NCBI GenBank assembly: GCA_964534375.1
Contig: CAZHPN010000002.1
Coordinates: forward strand, 2,276-66,275
Source of the DNA: an uncultured bacterium
GTDB lineage: Bacteria; Lernaellota; Lernaellaia; Lernaellales; Lernaellaceae
Length of the DNA: 64,000 nt
Direction: 5' to 3'
Shown: piece after piece, positions 34,521 through 43,872 of the stretch
Layout of the letters: each line of letters begins with the position of its first letter
Position numbering within the stretch: position 1 is the first letter of the stretch
The notes under the pieces: generated by a model
Database searches by the model: none
The model's input: only the letters and a program-made list of their open reading frames with translations
What the model was told of the DNA's origin: nothing
Made by a program: the position numbers and the translations under genes

Positions 34521-35312
34521 CTATTCGAAAACGACGGCGCGCATCGACAGCGAACCGAGGTCGAAGCCGATAATTGGGAAACGCGCCGTGTCGCGCGCGT
34601 CGGCGGCGCCGCACGCGTAGAGCAGCGGCAGGTAGTGGTCGGGCGTCGGGTGCGACATGCGCCCGGCCTCGGTGGCGAGCGCGCGGGCGAGAAATTCGTG
34701 GTCGTGCTGCGCGACGGCCTGCGCGACCTCGGCGTCGAACGCGCTCGCCCACGGCGGCGTGGCCGTGTCGCCGCGCATGGAACTCATCATCGCGTGGCGC
34801 AGATTGTGCGTAATGTTGCCGCTGCCAAGCACGAGCACGCCGACCTCTCTCAATGACGTCAGGTCGCGACCGATCGCCAGGCAGTCGGCGGCCGACGCGC
34901 GGCTGTTGACGCTCAGTTGCACAACCGGCACGTCGGCCAGCGGAAAAAGATGATGCAGCACCGACCACGCGCCGTGATCGAGACCCCAATCGGAACGCAA
35001 CGACGCGCGTCCCTTGCCAAGCAGCGCCACGACCCGTCGCGCCAAGCCGCGGTCGCCCGGCGCCGGATACTGCATCTCGTAGAGTTCGCGCGGAAAACCG
35101 CCGAAATCGTGAATGGTCTCGGGAAATTCGTTGTCCGTGACGTACGTGCCGGGCGCGAACCAATGGGCCGAAATGCAGAGAATCGCTTGCGGCCGCGGCA
35201 GCGATGCGCCGAGCGCACGAAAGCCGCGGCTCCACTCGTTGTCCTCGATCGCGTTCATCGGCGAACCGTGACCGATGAACAGCACGGGCGAACGCGTTTT
35301 CTCTGACGCCAT
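34521..35312 (-). CDS. ygiD: Extradiol ring-cleavage dioxygenase class III family (4,5-DOPA dioxygenase/YgiD-like)
   Basis: Begins LFIGHGSPMNAIEDN. The rest, ...AHW...HDFGGFP..., gives a LigB/YgiD-family pattern. Confidence 0.75.
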   Translation of the reverse strand: MASEKTRSPVLFIGHGSPMNAIEDNEWSRGFRALGASLPRPQAILCISAHWFAPGTYVTDNEFPETIHDFGGFPRELYEMQYPAPGDRGLARRVVALLGKGRASLRSDWGLDHGAWSVLHHLFPLADVPVVQLSVNSRASAADCLAIGRDLTSLREVGVLVLGSGNITHNLRHAMMSSMRGDTATPPWASAFDAEVAQAVAQHDHEFLARALATEAGRMSHPTPDHYLPLLYACGAADARDTARFPIIGFDLGSLSMRAVVFE

Positions 35313-35333
35313 CGGCGATTCCTCCGACGGATC

Positions 35334-36872
35334 TTACGCGCTGGTCTTCTGCTCCTCGATCTTCCAGTGCGCGCCGGCCGTCAGCCAGCCCTTCAGCAAC
35401 GCCGCGATGATGCAGCCGCCGAGTGCGAACGCGCCAAGAATCAGCCACATCGCCGATGGCGTGTGCCAGTAATCGAGCATGTTCTTTTCCAGCGCCGCTT
35501 TGAGCGGCACTTCGGCGCCCGCGACGATCACGTGCTCGGGCGACCAATGCATCAACATGTGCCCGGACAACGCGCTGACGATCATCTTCGCCATGAACCA
35601 CGGGATCATCGTCATGCCCAGGTACGTGCCTTCCTGCCCCTTGGGCGCGATCGCTGCGGTGTATTCGTTGAGCTTCGGCGACCAGACGACCTCGCCGATG
35701 GTCAACAACACCATGCACGCGATCGCCATCCAAATGTGCGCACTGGCGAGGTCCATGTGATACCACTCCCACGGCAGCGCCATCGGCGCGAGCGACAACG
35801 CCGAAACCATGGCGCCGTAGACGAGCATTTTGAAAATATTGAACCGGTTGGTGATGGGAATGAACAGAATCAATCCGATGACGATGCCGATCGGGTTGAT
35901 GGTGTTGAGCATGCCGATCGGCGCGTCGGGGCCGATCGTCCGCAGCCAATATTTCGGCATCAACAGATAGATGTACGTGTACACCGCGCGCACGCCGAGA
36001 ATCAGGGTGATCAACACCAACAGCCGCCAAAAAGCCTTCTCGCGCACGACTTCGCGCACGATTTGCAGCGGGTTTTTCCGCTCGACCTTCTTCGTCGTCG
36101 CGTTCGGGTCGGGCGTTTCATCCGGCCCGAGAAGCTGATCTTCGCGGCGGATCAAAAGCGCGCCGGCCGCCAGGCAAAGCAGCGCCGTCACGACGCCCAT
36201 CGTGAAGACGTGGACGTTGGGCAGATGCAGCCACTTGCGGATGACGTCGATCATCGCGCCGCCCAGCGCCGCGCCGACGTTCATGAACAAGTACCACAAA
36301 TTGAATCCGGCGCTGCGCGACCTCTTGGTCGTGAATCGCGCGCACGCGGATTGAAACACCGTTTGAATCGACGCCATGAACGGCGCCATCAACAAAAACA
36401 GTCCGGCCGCCAGATATCCGCGGTGCGGCAGCGACGGCGTCAGGCCCACGAACACCACGCCCAGGCGCAAGATCAGCATGCCGAACATCGAGCCGTACAA
36501 CGATTTCTTGATGCCGAGCCAATCCGTAAACATGCCCGAAACAAATAGAAAGATCGTCGTCGCCGTGGTGAAGACCGTGATCGCGTAGCCGGCGTTTTTG
36601 TCGTTGACGCCCAGGTCTTCCGAAAGAAAGACCGAGGCGATGGTCAGCATCGCGAAATAAAACGTGCAATCCAAAAAGTTGACGAGTTGAATGCCCCAAT
36701 ATTCGGTCCGCGTTTCCTTCAGCACATTGAAATCGCGGAAGTAGCTGACGATCAGGTCCCACGCGCCTTTCGACGCAACCGTTTCGTTGCTCACAAACAC
36801 CTCGTTTTCGTCGCGGCGGGCGCCGCATGCGGGAGAATTATGAATGCGATCCTTGCTTGCTTTGTGCGCCAT
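35334..36872 (-). CDS. MFS-type transporter
   Basis: About 12 predicted TM helices. ATG (cat at 36870-36872). Confidence 0.65.
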   Translation of the reverse strand: MAHKASKDRIHNSPACGARRDENEVFVSNETVASKGAWDLIVSYFRDFNVLKETRTEYWGIQLVNFLDCTFYFAMLTIASVFLSEDLGVNDKNAGYAITVFTTATTIFLFVSGMFTDWLGIKKSLYGSMFGMLILRLGVVFVGLTPSLPHRGYLAAGLFLLMAPFMASIQTVFQSACARFTTKRSRSAGFNLWYLFMNVGAALGGAMIDVIRKWLHLPNVHVFTMGVVTALLCLAAGALLIRREDQLLGPDETPDPNATTKKVERKNPLQIVREVVREKAFWRLLVLITLILGVRAVYTYIYLLMPKYWLRTIGPDAPIGMLNTINPIGIVIGLILFIPITNRFNIFKMLVYGAMVSALSLAPMALPWEWYHMDLASAHIWMAIACMVLLTIGEVVWSPKLNEYTAAIAPKGQEGTYLGMTMIPWFMAKMIVSALSGHMLMHWSPEHVIVAGAEVPLKAALEKNMLDYWHTPSAMWLILGAFALGGCIIAALLKGWLTAGAHWKIEEQKTSA

Positions 36873-36935
36873 CTTCCGGCAAAGCTAGGGGGCCGTCAAC
36901 CATAAACTCCGTGGCTTGTCCGACGAGGCCTGCTC

Positions 36936-38099
36936 ATGAATCGCCGCTTGCTGGTTGCGCTCGTGCCGTCGCTCCTTCTGCTTGCCGGCTGCGTCTTCGC
37001 CTATCGCCCGCCGGACGATTCGCCTCACGCCGCCGCCGCGCCGAAGGGCATGCCGGGATTTCCCGAAAAACTCTGGGTCGATGCGCCTCCGCATGAACTG
37101 CAGTCGATCCCCTTGGCGACCGACATTTTCACGCGGCTCTCCGCGCATGCCGATCCGGCGGTCGTGAACATCTTTTCAACGACCAACGTTCAGACCCGCG
37201 TTGGCGACCCGCTCGGCTTGTTCACCGTGCGCACGCCCAATCTCGATTTTTCCGCCAAAGCCTTGGGCACCGGCTTTCTGATCAGCCCCGACGGCTTCCT
37301 GCTGACCAACGCCCACGTCGTCGCCGAGGCCGATGAAATCAAGGTTTTTCTGTGGCAGGAGAGCGAAGTGCGCGTGGCGCGGCTCGTCGGGCTCGATGTT
37401 GCGTCGGACCTCGCGTTGCTCAAGATCGAATACAAACAGCCGCTGCCGTTTCTGACGCTCGCCGATTCCGACGCGGCGGCCGTCGGCGAAATGGCGGCGG
37501 CGATCGGCAATCCATTCGGCCTGGAACATTCCGTCACCAACGGCCTGATCAGCGCCAAACACCGCCGGATTCACGAAGGCCGGCAAGGCGCGTTCGAGGA
37601 CTACCTGCAGACCAGCGCCCAGATCAACCCCGGCAATTCCGGCGGCCCGCTGCTCAATCTCTACGGCGAGGTCGTCGGCGTGAACACCGCTGTCGTGCAG
37701 GGCGGGCAGGGGATCGGCTTCGCCGTGCCGAGCAACCTGGTCAAAGAAATTCTGCCGCACTTGATGCGCGCCGGCCGCGTGGTCTCGTGTTACGTCGGCG
37801 CCGAGATCGTCGAGGCCGCGCCCGACGAGGCCGCGCGGCTCCAACTGCCGAACCGCCGCGGCGGCGAAATCAAGAGCGTCGTCGCGGGCGGCCCGGCGGC
37901 GCAAGCCGGCCTGCGCGCCGGCGACGTCGTGGTGCGGGTCAACGGCCGGCAGGTCTACGATTCCCTGGCCTTGTTGCGCACGCTGAGCCTGCTTATCGCC
38001 GACCGGCCGGCAACGCTGACCGTCCTTCGCAACGGCCGCCAGCAAGACGTCAAAATCACCCCGGTGGTCGCGGCGAGGGATACAACCGGCGGGCGTTAA
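36936..38099 (+). CDS. HtrA/DegP-family serine protease with PDZ domain (lipoprotein signal)
   Basis: Signal peptide LLLLAGC. Trypsin-like catalytic residues including GNSGGPL. C-terminal PDZ domain. Confidence 0.85.
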   Translation: MNRRLLVALVPSLLLLAGCVFAYRPPDDSPHAAAAPKGMPGFPEKLWVDAPPHELQSIPLATDIFTRLSAHADPAVVNIFSTTNVQTRVGDPLGLFTVRTPNLDFSAKALGTGFLISPDGFLLTNAHVVAEADEIKVFLWQESEVRVARLVGLDVASDLALLKIEYKQPLPFLTLADSDAAAVGEMAAAIGNPFGLEHSVTNGLISAKHRRIHEGRQGAFEDYLQTSAQINPGNSGGPLLNLYGEVVGVNTAVVQGGQGIGFAVPSNLVKEILPHLMRAGRVVSCYVGAEIVEAAPDEAARLQLPNRRGGEIKSVVAGGPAAQAGLRAGDVVVRVNGRQVYDSLALLRTLSLLIADRPATLTVLRNGRQQDVKITPVVAARDTTGGR

Positions 38100-38156
38100 A
38101 CCGCGACAGCGTATTATTCTTGTGATAACATTCACATTGATTGTGAAGGGCCAAGC

Positions 38157-38606
38157 ATGCGGCGAATGGAAATGCCGTCGCAGGAGCCCGTAGCCTCGCG
38201 ACGCCGGCGCGGCGTTGTCGCGATTCTGCTGTTGATTCTCGCGGCGGCGCTGGCCTTTCTTGTTTTTCATCACTGGCCGAAGAAACCGACCGAAACCGCC
38301 GCCGGCCCGCCGCCTGCGCCGCGAAGCCGCCACGCCCACGCCAGGTCTCACCCCGGCGCCGCGGCGGCAACCGACGACGAGAAAACAAGAAAGCCTTGCG
38401 TGACGAAGAACGAGTATCCGAGCGATGACGGTGAAGTGACCTGGACGATTGTGGACCGCGATTGCGACGGCGCCCACGTCGACTGCGAGTACACCAAGCG
38501 CGATTTTCACCGGCAGGTGGTCGAGACGTGGCGCGACGAAGGCTGCACGGGCGCGCCCAAGGAACGGCGCTGCTTTCATCGCGAACACGGTTCCTTGCCA
38601 TTATAA
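38157..38606 (+). CDS. Hypothetical membrane-anchored protein (possible frameshifted N-terminal half of a longer gene)
   Basis: ATG at 38157. One TM helix (VVAILLLILAAALAFLV). A Cys/Asp-rich motif DRDCDGAHVDCEY. It overlaps the next ORF in the +1 frame. Confidence 0.3.
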   Translation: MRRMEMPSQEPVASRRRRGVVAILLLILAAALAFLVFHHWPKKPTETAAGPPPAPRSRHAHARSHPGAAAATDDEKTRKPCVTKNEYPSDDGEVTWTIVDRDCDGAHVDCEYTKRDFHRQVVETWRDEGCTGAPKERRCFHREHGSLPL

Positions 38607-38640
38607 AACGGTTTCCGCGGACGGGGCGCAGTTCGTGACG

Positions 38641-38952
38641 ATGAACAGCAGCGCGGGCGACATGACCGCCCCCGACGGGTGCGACTATGTCCAGCACGAC
38701 CCGCTGTCGCCGGGTCAATTGGTTTGCTTGGTCGACGCGCACTGCGATGGTCATCCTGTCGAAGCTGAGCGTCGCATCGCGCCGCCGTTCGCCACGGCGC
38801 AATCCTGGTTCTGGTTCGAGCGGCATCCGGAAATCGGCGAGTGGCTGGAGCAGTTCTCCAGGTTTGTGACGGCCCAGGTCAGCGAACTGCCTGACGAATT
38901 CTTGAACCAGATGCACGACTGGATTCAGGACCTCATGGACCAAAACCCGTAA
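38641..38952 (+). CDS. Hypothetical protein (possibly continuation of 38157-38606 after a +1 frameshift)
   Basis: Frame +1 stays open from 38449. ATG at 38641. It contains the related motif LVDAHCDGHPVEAE. Confidence 0.25.
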   Translation: MNSSAGDMTAPDGCDYVQHDPLSPGQLVCLVDAHCDGHPVEAERRIAPPFATAQSWFWFERHPEIGEWLEQFSRFVTAQVSELPDEFLNQMHDWIQDLMDQNP

Positions 38953-39079
38953 GCCGGCGCACGCCGCCGCTCGCCCGCGGCGCCGGCGCGGCAAATGCGC
39001 GAAACGCTCATTATTTAGACGATCCCGAAAGCGGGCTGTCTTGCCGCGGCGAAAACTGAATCACGGTTCATTTCCGTCA

Positions 39080-39108
39080 TTGACAATCGCCGGCTCATGC
39101 TTTATAAG
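39080..39108 (+). promoter_or_regulatory. Near-consensus sigma70 promoter for hppA
   Basis: TTGACA at 39080-39085, 17-nt spacer, TATAAG at 39103-39108. This implies a ~185-nt leader. Confidence 0.45.
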
Positions 39109-39300
39109 GCGCCAGACCTAAGTCGTTAAAGAAACTCAACGGCAGCAATCCTCAGGACGCATGGGGCACGTAGTGAACGCTTTTTTTGCGACGCAATGCG
39201 GCAGAAAAAACGCGTTCGCGTCGTGTTCCGCTTCCGGGCGCCGCCGAGCCGGTTCATTTTTCCAGGATTCTTGAATCCGCATCTTTGAAAGGAGGGCGTG

Positions 39301-41793
39301 ATGGCAGTTGACAGCAGATGGGCCTCGAGTTCGCTCAGGCGCTCATCGGTCGCGCGCAAGGCGGTGGTCGGCGCGATCTTTCTCGGCGTTTTGTTCGCCG
39401 CCGTTTCCGCGTTCGCCAGCGAAGCGGAACTGGTTGTTCCCGACCTGAGCAGCCAGACGTTCGTCGGCGGCGTTTCGGGCAGCGCGCTGCTGTGGGGCGG
39501 CATGGTGATCTGCCTGCTGGGCATGGCCTTCGGCCTGATCCAGTTCATGCAGATCCGCAATCTGCCGGTGCACAAAGCGATGCTCGAAATCTCGGAACTG
39601 ATTTACGAAACCTGCAAGACCTACCTGATCCAGCAAGGCAAATTCCTCGCCATGCTGTGGGCGTTCATCGCCGCGATCATGGTGGTCTATTTCGGCTTCC
39701 TGAAAGAAGGCTACAGCGCCATTCAGGTGGTCATCATCATCATCTTCAGCATCGTCGGCATTCTCGGCAGCTATTCGGTGGCGTGGTTCGGCATCCGAAT
39801 CAACACGTTCGCGAACTCGCGCACGGCGTTCGCCGGCCTGCAGGGCATGCCGTATCCGACGATGGCCATCCCGCTGAAGTCGGGCATGAGCATCGGCATG
39901 CTGCTGATCAGCGTCGAGCTGGTCATGATGCTGTTCATCCTGCTCGTGATTCCGGGCGCGTACGCCGGCCCGTGCTTCATCGGCTTCGCGATCGGCGAGT
40001 CGTTGGGCGCGGCCGCATTGCGCATCGCCGGCGGCATTTTCACGAAGATCGCCGACATCGGCTCCGACCTGATGAAGATCGTCTTCAAGATTAAAGAAGA
40101 CGACGCGCGCAACCCGGGCGTCATCGCGGACTGCACGGGCGACAACGCGGGCGATTCGGTCGGCCCGACGGCGGACGGCTTCGAAACCTACGGCGTCACC
40201 GGCGTGGCGTTGATCTCGTTCATTCTGCTCGCGGTGAAGAGCAGCGAAGTGCAGGTGCAGTTGCTGGTGTGGATCTTCGTGATGCGCATCGGCATGATCG
40301 TCACCAGCGCGCTGTCGTACTTCATCAACGGCGCGATTTCCAAGGCCCGTTACGGCAAGGCGACGAAGTTCAATTTCGAGAGCCCGCTGACCACGCTGGT
40401 GTGGCTGACGTCCGCGATCTCGATCGGCATGACGTACCTGCTGTCCGCCTCGCTCGTTCCGGGTCTGGGCGACGGTTCGCAATGGTGGAAACTCGCGTCG
40501 ATCATCACCTGCGGCACCCTGGCCGGCGCGATCATTCCGGAATTGGTCAAGGTCTTCACCTCGACGAACTCCGGCCACGTGAAAGAAATCGTCACGGCGT
40601 CGCGCGAAGGCGGCGCTTCGCTCAACATCCTCTCCGGCCTCGTCGCCGGCGACTTCAGCGCCTACTGGATGGGCGGCGCCATTATCGCCCTCATGGCCGC
40701 GGCCTGGGGCGTGAGCACGTTGGGCCTCGACAGCCTCATGTCGTATCCGGCGATCTTCGCCTTCGGTCTGGTCGCGTTCGGCTTCCTGGGCATGGGCCCC
40801 GTGACGATCGCGGTCGACTCGTATGGCCCGGTGACCGACAATGCGCAGTCGGTCTTCGAACTCTCGACGATCGAGACGCTGCCCGGCATCAAAGAGGACA
40901 TCAAGAAGCAGTACGGCTACGAGCCGAATTTCGACAAGTGCAAGGCGTATCTCGAAGAAAACGACGGCGCGGGCAACACCTTCAAGGCGACCGCGAAACC
41001 CGTGCTGATCGGCACGGCCGTCGTCGGCGCCACGACGTTGATCTTCTCGATCATCCAAGTGCTGATTGGCAACGCCGCGCATGGAGCGGTCAATCTCGAC
41101 GCCGCGCGCCAATTGGTCACGGAAGGCCTGTCGATTCTGAATCCGCTGTTCCTGCTCGGATTGATCACGGGCGGGGCCGTGATTTTCTGGTTTGCCGGCG
41201 CGTCGACGCAAGCCGTCTCCACCGGAGCCTACCGCGCGGTCGAGTTCATCAAGAAGAACATCAAACTCGACGGCACGGCCGAGAAAGCGTCGGTATCCGA
41301 CAGCAAGAAGGTGGTGGAAATCTGCACGCAGTACGCGCAGAAGGGCATGTTCAACATCTTCCTCGCGGTGTTTTTCTCGACGCTCGCCTACGCCTGCGTC
41401 AACGCCTACTTCTTCATCGGCTACCTGATCTCGATCGCGATCTTCGGCTTGTACCAGGCGATCTTCATGGCCGACGCTGGCGGCGCCTGGGACAACGCGA
41501 AGAAGCTGGTCGAGACCGACATGTCGTACGGCGGCAAGGGCACCGAGCTGCACGCCGCGACCGTCGTGGGCGACACGGTCGGCGATCCGTTCAAAGACAC
41601 CTCGTCGGTGGCGATGAACCCCATCATCAAGTTCACGACCCTGTTCGGTCTGCTCGCGCTCGAGCTGGCGATCACCATCGACTCGACGGCGGTGAAGGTC
41701 AGCCTCGCGCTGGCGTTCCAGCTCGTGGCGATGTTCTTCGTCTATCGGTCGTTCTACGGGATGCGCATCCCGGTGCTGCAAGACAAGAAATAA
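39301..41793 (+). CDS. hppA: Membrane-bound H+(or Na+)-translocating pyrophosphatase
   Basis: ATG at 39301 behind AAAGGAGGG. V-PPase motifs GGIFTKIADIGSDLMKI and DCTGDNAGDSVGPTADGFETY, plus 15-17 TM helices. About 50 extra N-terminal residues form a predicted signal/TM segment. Confidence 0.9.
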   Translation: MAVDSRWASSSLRRSSVARKAVVGAIFLGVLFAAVSAFASEAELVVPDLSSQTFVGGVSGSALLWGGMVICLLGMAFGLIQFMQIRNLPVHKAMLEISELIYETCKTYLIQQGKFLAMLWAFIAAIMVVYFGFLKEGYSAIQVVIIIIFSIVGILGSYSVAWFGIRINTFANSRTAFAGLQGMPYPTMAIPLKSGMSIGMLLISVELVMMLFILLVIPGAYAGPCFIGFAIGESLGAAALRIAGGIFTKIADIGSDLMKIVFKIKEDDARNPGVIADCTGDNAGDSVGPTADGFETYGVTGVALISFILLAVKSSEVQVQLLVWIFVMRIGMIVTSALSYFINGAISKARYGKATKFNFESPLTTLVWLTSAISIGMTYLLSASLVPGLGDGSQWWKLASIITCGTLAGAIIPELVKVFTSTNSGHVKEIVTASREGGASLNILSGLVAGDFSAYWMGGAIIALMAAAWGVSTLGLDSLMSYPAIFAFGLVAFGFLGMGPVTIAVDSYGPVTDNAQSVFELSTIETLPGIKEDIKKQYGYEPNFDKCKAYLEENDGAGNTFKATAKPVLIGTAVVGATTLIFSIIQVLIGNAAHGAVNLDAARQLVTEGLSILNPLFLLGLITGGAVIFWFAGASTQAVSTGAYRAVEFIKKNIKLDGTAEKASVSDSKKVVEICTQYAQKGMFNIFLAVFFSTLAYACVNAYFFIGYLISIAIFGLYQAIFMADAGGAWDNAKKLVETDMSYGGKGTELHAATVVGDTVGDPFKDTSSVAMNPIIKFTTLFGLLALELAITIDSTAVKVSLALAFQLVAMFFVYRSFYGMRIPVLQDKK

Positions 41794-41814
41794 ACGCGAA
41801 ATCGCGCAGGCGAT

Positions 41815-41856
41815 GCGGGCCGGCCGGGCGTCACGCTCGGCCGGCCCGTTTGATTT
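41815..41856 (+). terminator. Rho-independent terminator after hppA
   Basis: Stem gggccggccg / cggccggccc (10 bp), followed by gtttgatttt. Confidence 0.6.
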
Positions 41857-41898
41857 TCGGACGATCCTCCAAGGCGATTTTTTTGCCGCGTTTTCCGT

Positions 41899-41926
41899 TT
41901 GACTCGCGTTTCCGCTTGCGTATAAT
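41899..41926 (+). promoter_or_regulatory. Near-consensus sigma70 promoter for the small acidic peptide gene
   Basis: TTGACT at 41899-41904, 16-nt spacer, TATAAT at 41921-41926. Confidence 0.5.
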
Positions 41927-41985
41927 GCAACAACTTGTTCAGGGTGGTTTTCAAGTTTACTGTTTCCGTTGCAAGGAGAAGGTCG

Positions 41986-42228
41986 ATGCGCGCATTGTAT
42001 CTCGTGCTGAGTTTGGCGGTCCTGGCGGCCTTGCTGGCGATTCCCGCGATCGCGGCCGTGAACAACAATCCGGCCGGCGGGTCCGAAGACCATGTGCTGC
42101 AGTCCGACGACGACTCGGCGCCCAGCGACGACGATACGTCGCCCGGCGTCGACGACGACAGCTCCAATCCGCTCCAAGCGCGTACGACGTACGCCGACGG
42201 AAACATCGACGGTTGCGGCTGCTACTAG
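41986..42228 (+). CDS. Small secreted acidic peptide (signal peptide + DDDSAPSDDDTSPGVDDDSS + C-terminal DGCGCY)
   Basis: ATG at 41986 behind AAGGAGAAGG. Signal peptide MRALYLVLSLAVLAALLAIPAIAA. The product is 80 aa. It shares the DDDxSP motif with the large lipoproteins. A dedicated promoter lies upstream and a terminator downstream. Confidence 0.55.
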   Translation: MRALYLVLSLAVLAALLAIPAIAAVNNNPAGGSEDHVLQSDDDSAPSDDDTSPGVDDDSSNPLQARTTYADGNIDGCGCY

Positions 42229-42257
42229 GCCGCCATTCCACAGACCTCGTTTCCATG

Positions 42258-42290
42258 CAGGGTTCCCCACAGCGGGAACCCTGTTTTTTT
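42258..42290 (+). terminator. Rho-independent terminator after the small peptide gene
   Basis: Stem cagggttccc / gggaaccctg (10 bp, 5-nt loop), followed by ttttttt. Confidence 0.6.
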
Positions 42291-42443
42291 GTCCGCGCGC
42301 CAACTGCCTCCGCCGCCGGCCCGGATTGACGCCGCCGCGTTCCGGTCCTAATTTCCCCGGGAAACAGAGGGTCGACAATCACGTCGGTTTGGACGCGGCG
42401 GCCTGAACGCGCCCCGTCGAACGCCGCGGCCGAGGGAGTCGAG

Positions 42444-43757
42444 ATGACCGAGAAGGCAGAGAAAGAAAATCGCGAACCCATCGCGAAGGATGTGCAGCGC
42501 TCGCTGGATGAAATCAAGAAGACGCTCAACAGCGCCCGCAAGTACCGCGGCACGCAGCAGAAGCGCGTCGGGATGCTGTTTTCGGGCGGCCCGGCGCCGG
42601 GCGGCAACGCGGTCATTTCCGGCGCCGCGCTGTCGTTTCTGAACGACGGCTGGGAAGTGATCGGTTTTTACAAGGGCTACGAATATCTGGAGCAGTTCGA
42701 CCGCGAGAAGCCGCGCCAGTTCCGCGAGGGCACGCATTTCAAGCGGCTCGGCTACGAAGATGTCACGAAAATCCGCCAACTCGGCGGCATCTTCATCAAG
42801 ACTTCGCGCGCCAACCCGAGCAAACTCGGCGGCCACGAGATCCGCAGTCCGAACGACCTGCTCGACGAAAAGCGCTCGGCCAAGCTCTACAACGTGCTCA
42901 ACGCCATGGAGTTCATGGGCATCCAGGCGCTGATTTCCATCGGCGGCGACGACACGTTGAAGACCGCGTTTTATCTGCACCTGCTGGGTTTGCCGGTGGT
43001 GCACGTGCCGAAGACGATCGACAACGACTACTTCGGCATCCCGTGGACCTTCGGCTACTTCACCGCGATCGAGCACGCGCGCCAGGCGATCAAAGTCTAC
43101 AACGCCGAAGCGCAGACGACCGACGCCTGGTGGATTCTGGAATTGATGGGTCGCAAGACCGGCTGGTACACGCTCGGCGCCGGCATCTCCGGCGAGGCCG
43201 TGCGCATGATCGGCCCCGAGGAAGTGGGCCCGCGCCTCGACCTGAACAAGCTTGCCGAAGAGATTCTCGAACTCGTGCTCCAGCGGGAAAAATTCGGCAA
43301 GCGCTACGGCGTCGTGCTTGTCTCCGAGGGCCTCGTCGATCGCCTGCCGGATGACCAGCGGCCCCAGGAAGTCGACGAGCACGGCAACATCAAGTTCTCC
43401 GAAGCCTTGTTCGGCCTGCGCCTGGCCAGACTCGTCGGCGACCTCTACAAACAGAAGACCGGCAAAAAACTCAGCATCAAGGCCGAGACCGTCGGCTACA
43501 CCACGCGCTGCGCGGAGCCGTCGGCATTCGACATCTTGCTGGGCAGCCAACTCGGCATGGGCGCGTTCCGCTTCATCAGCGAAGGCCATGGCGGCAACAT
43601 GGTCAGCGTCGGCGACAACCTCGAAATCAAAGCCGTGCCGTTCGAGCAACTGATCGACCCGAACACGTTCCGCACCCGCATCCGCTATGTGCCGATCGAC
43701 GGCGACTTTTTCAAACTCGCCAAATCGCTCGAGTTCCGGCGGCAACAGGAAATCTGA
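42444..43757 (+). CDS. pfp: Pyrophosphate-dependent 6-phosphofructokinase, second paralog (long type)
   Basis: ATG at 42444 behind GAGGGAG. Motifs MLFSGGPAPGGNAVISGA, SIGGDDTLKT (GGDD) and PKTIDNDY. Confidence 0.85.
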   Translation: MTEKAEKENREPIAKDVQRSLDEIKKTLNSARKYRGTQQKRVGMLFSGGPAPGGNAVISGAALSFLNDGWEVIGFYKGYEYLEQFDREKPRQFREGTHFKRLGYEDVTKIRQLGGIFIKTSRANPSKLGGHEIRSPNDLLDEKRSAKLYNVLNAMEFMGIQALISIGGDDTLKTAFYLHLLGLPVVHVPKTIDNDYFGIPWTFGYFTAIEHARQAIKVYNAEAQTTDAWWILELMGRKTGWYTLGAGISGEAVRMIGPEEVGPRLDLNKLAEEILELVLQREKFGKRYGVVLVSEGLVDRLPDDQRPQEVDEHGNIKFSEALFGLRLARLVGDLYKQKTGKKLSIKAETVGYTTRCAEPSAFDILLGSQLGMGAFRFISEGHGGNMVSVGDNLEIKAVPFEQLIDPNTFRTRIRYVPIDGDFFKLAKSLEFRRQQEI

Positions 43758-43872
43758 CGCGACGAACCGTCTTACGAGAGGACGGCCGGGCGCCCAAAAT
43801 GCCCGGCCGTTCTGTTTGCGCCGGTTGCGGCGGGCCTTGGCGCCGCCGCCGCCGGCGACTTAAAATAAAAAA

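Noticed and set aside
39343-42378. 1011-aa minus-strand ORF spanning the whole hppA gene
   Set aside because: Antisense artefact: Arg/Asp/Gly-rich and lacking a start context. The plus strand encodes a full-length V-PPase with diagnostic motifs.
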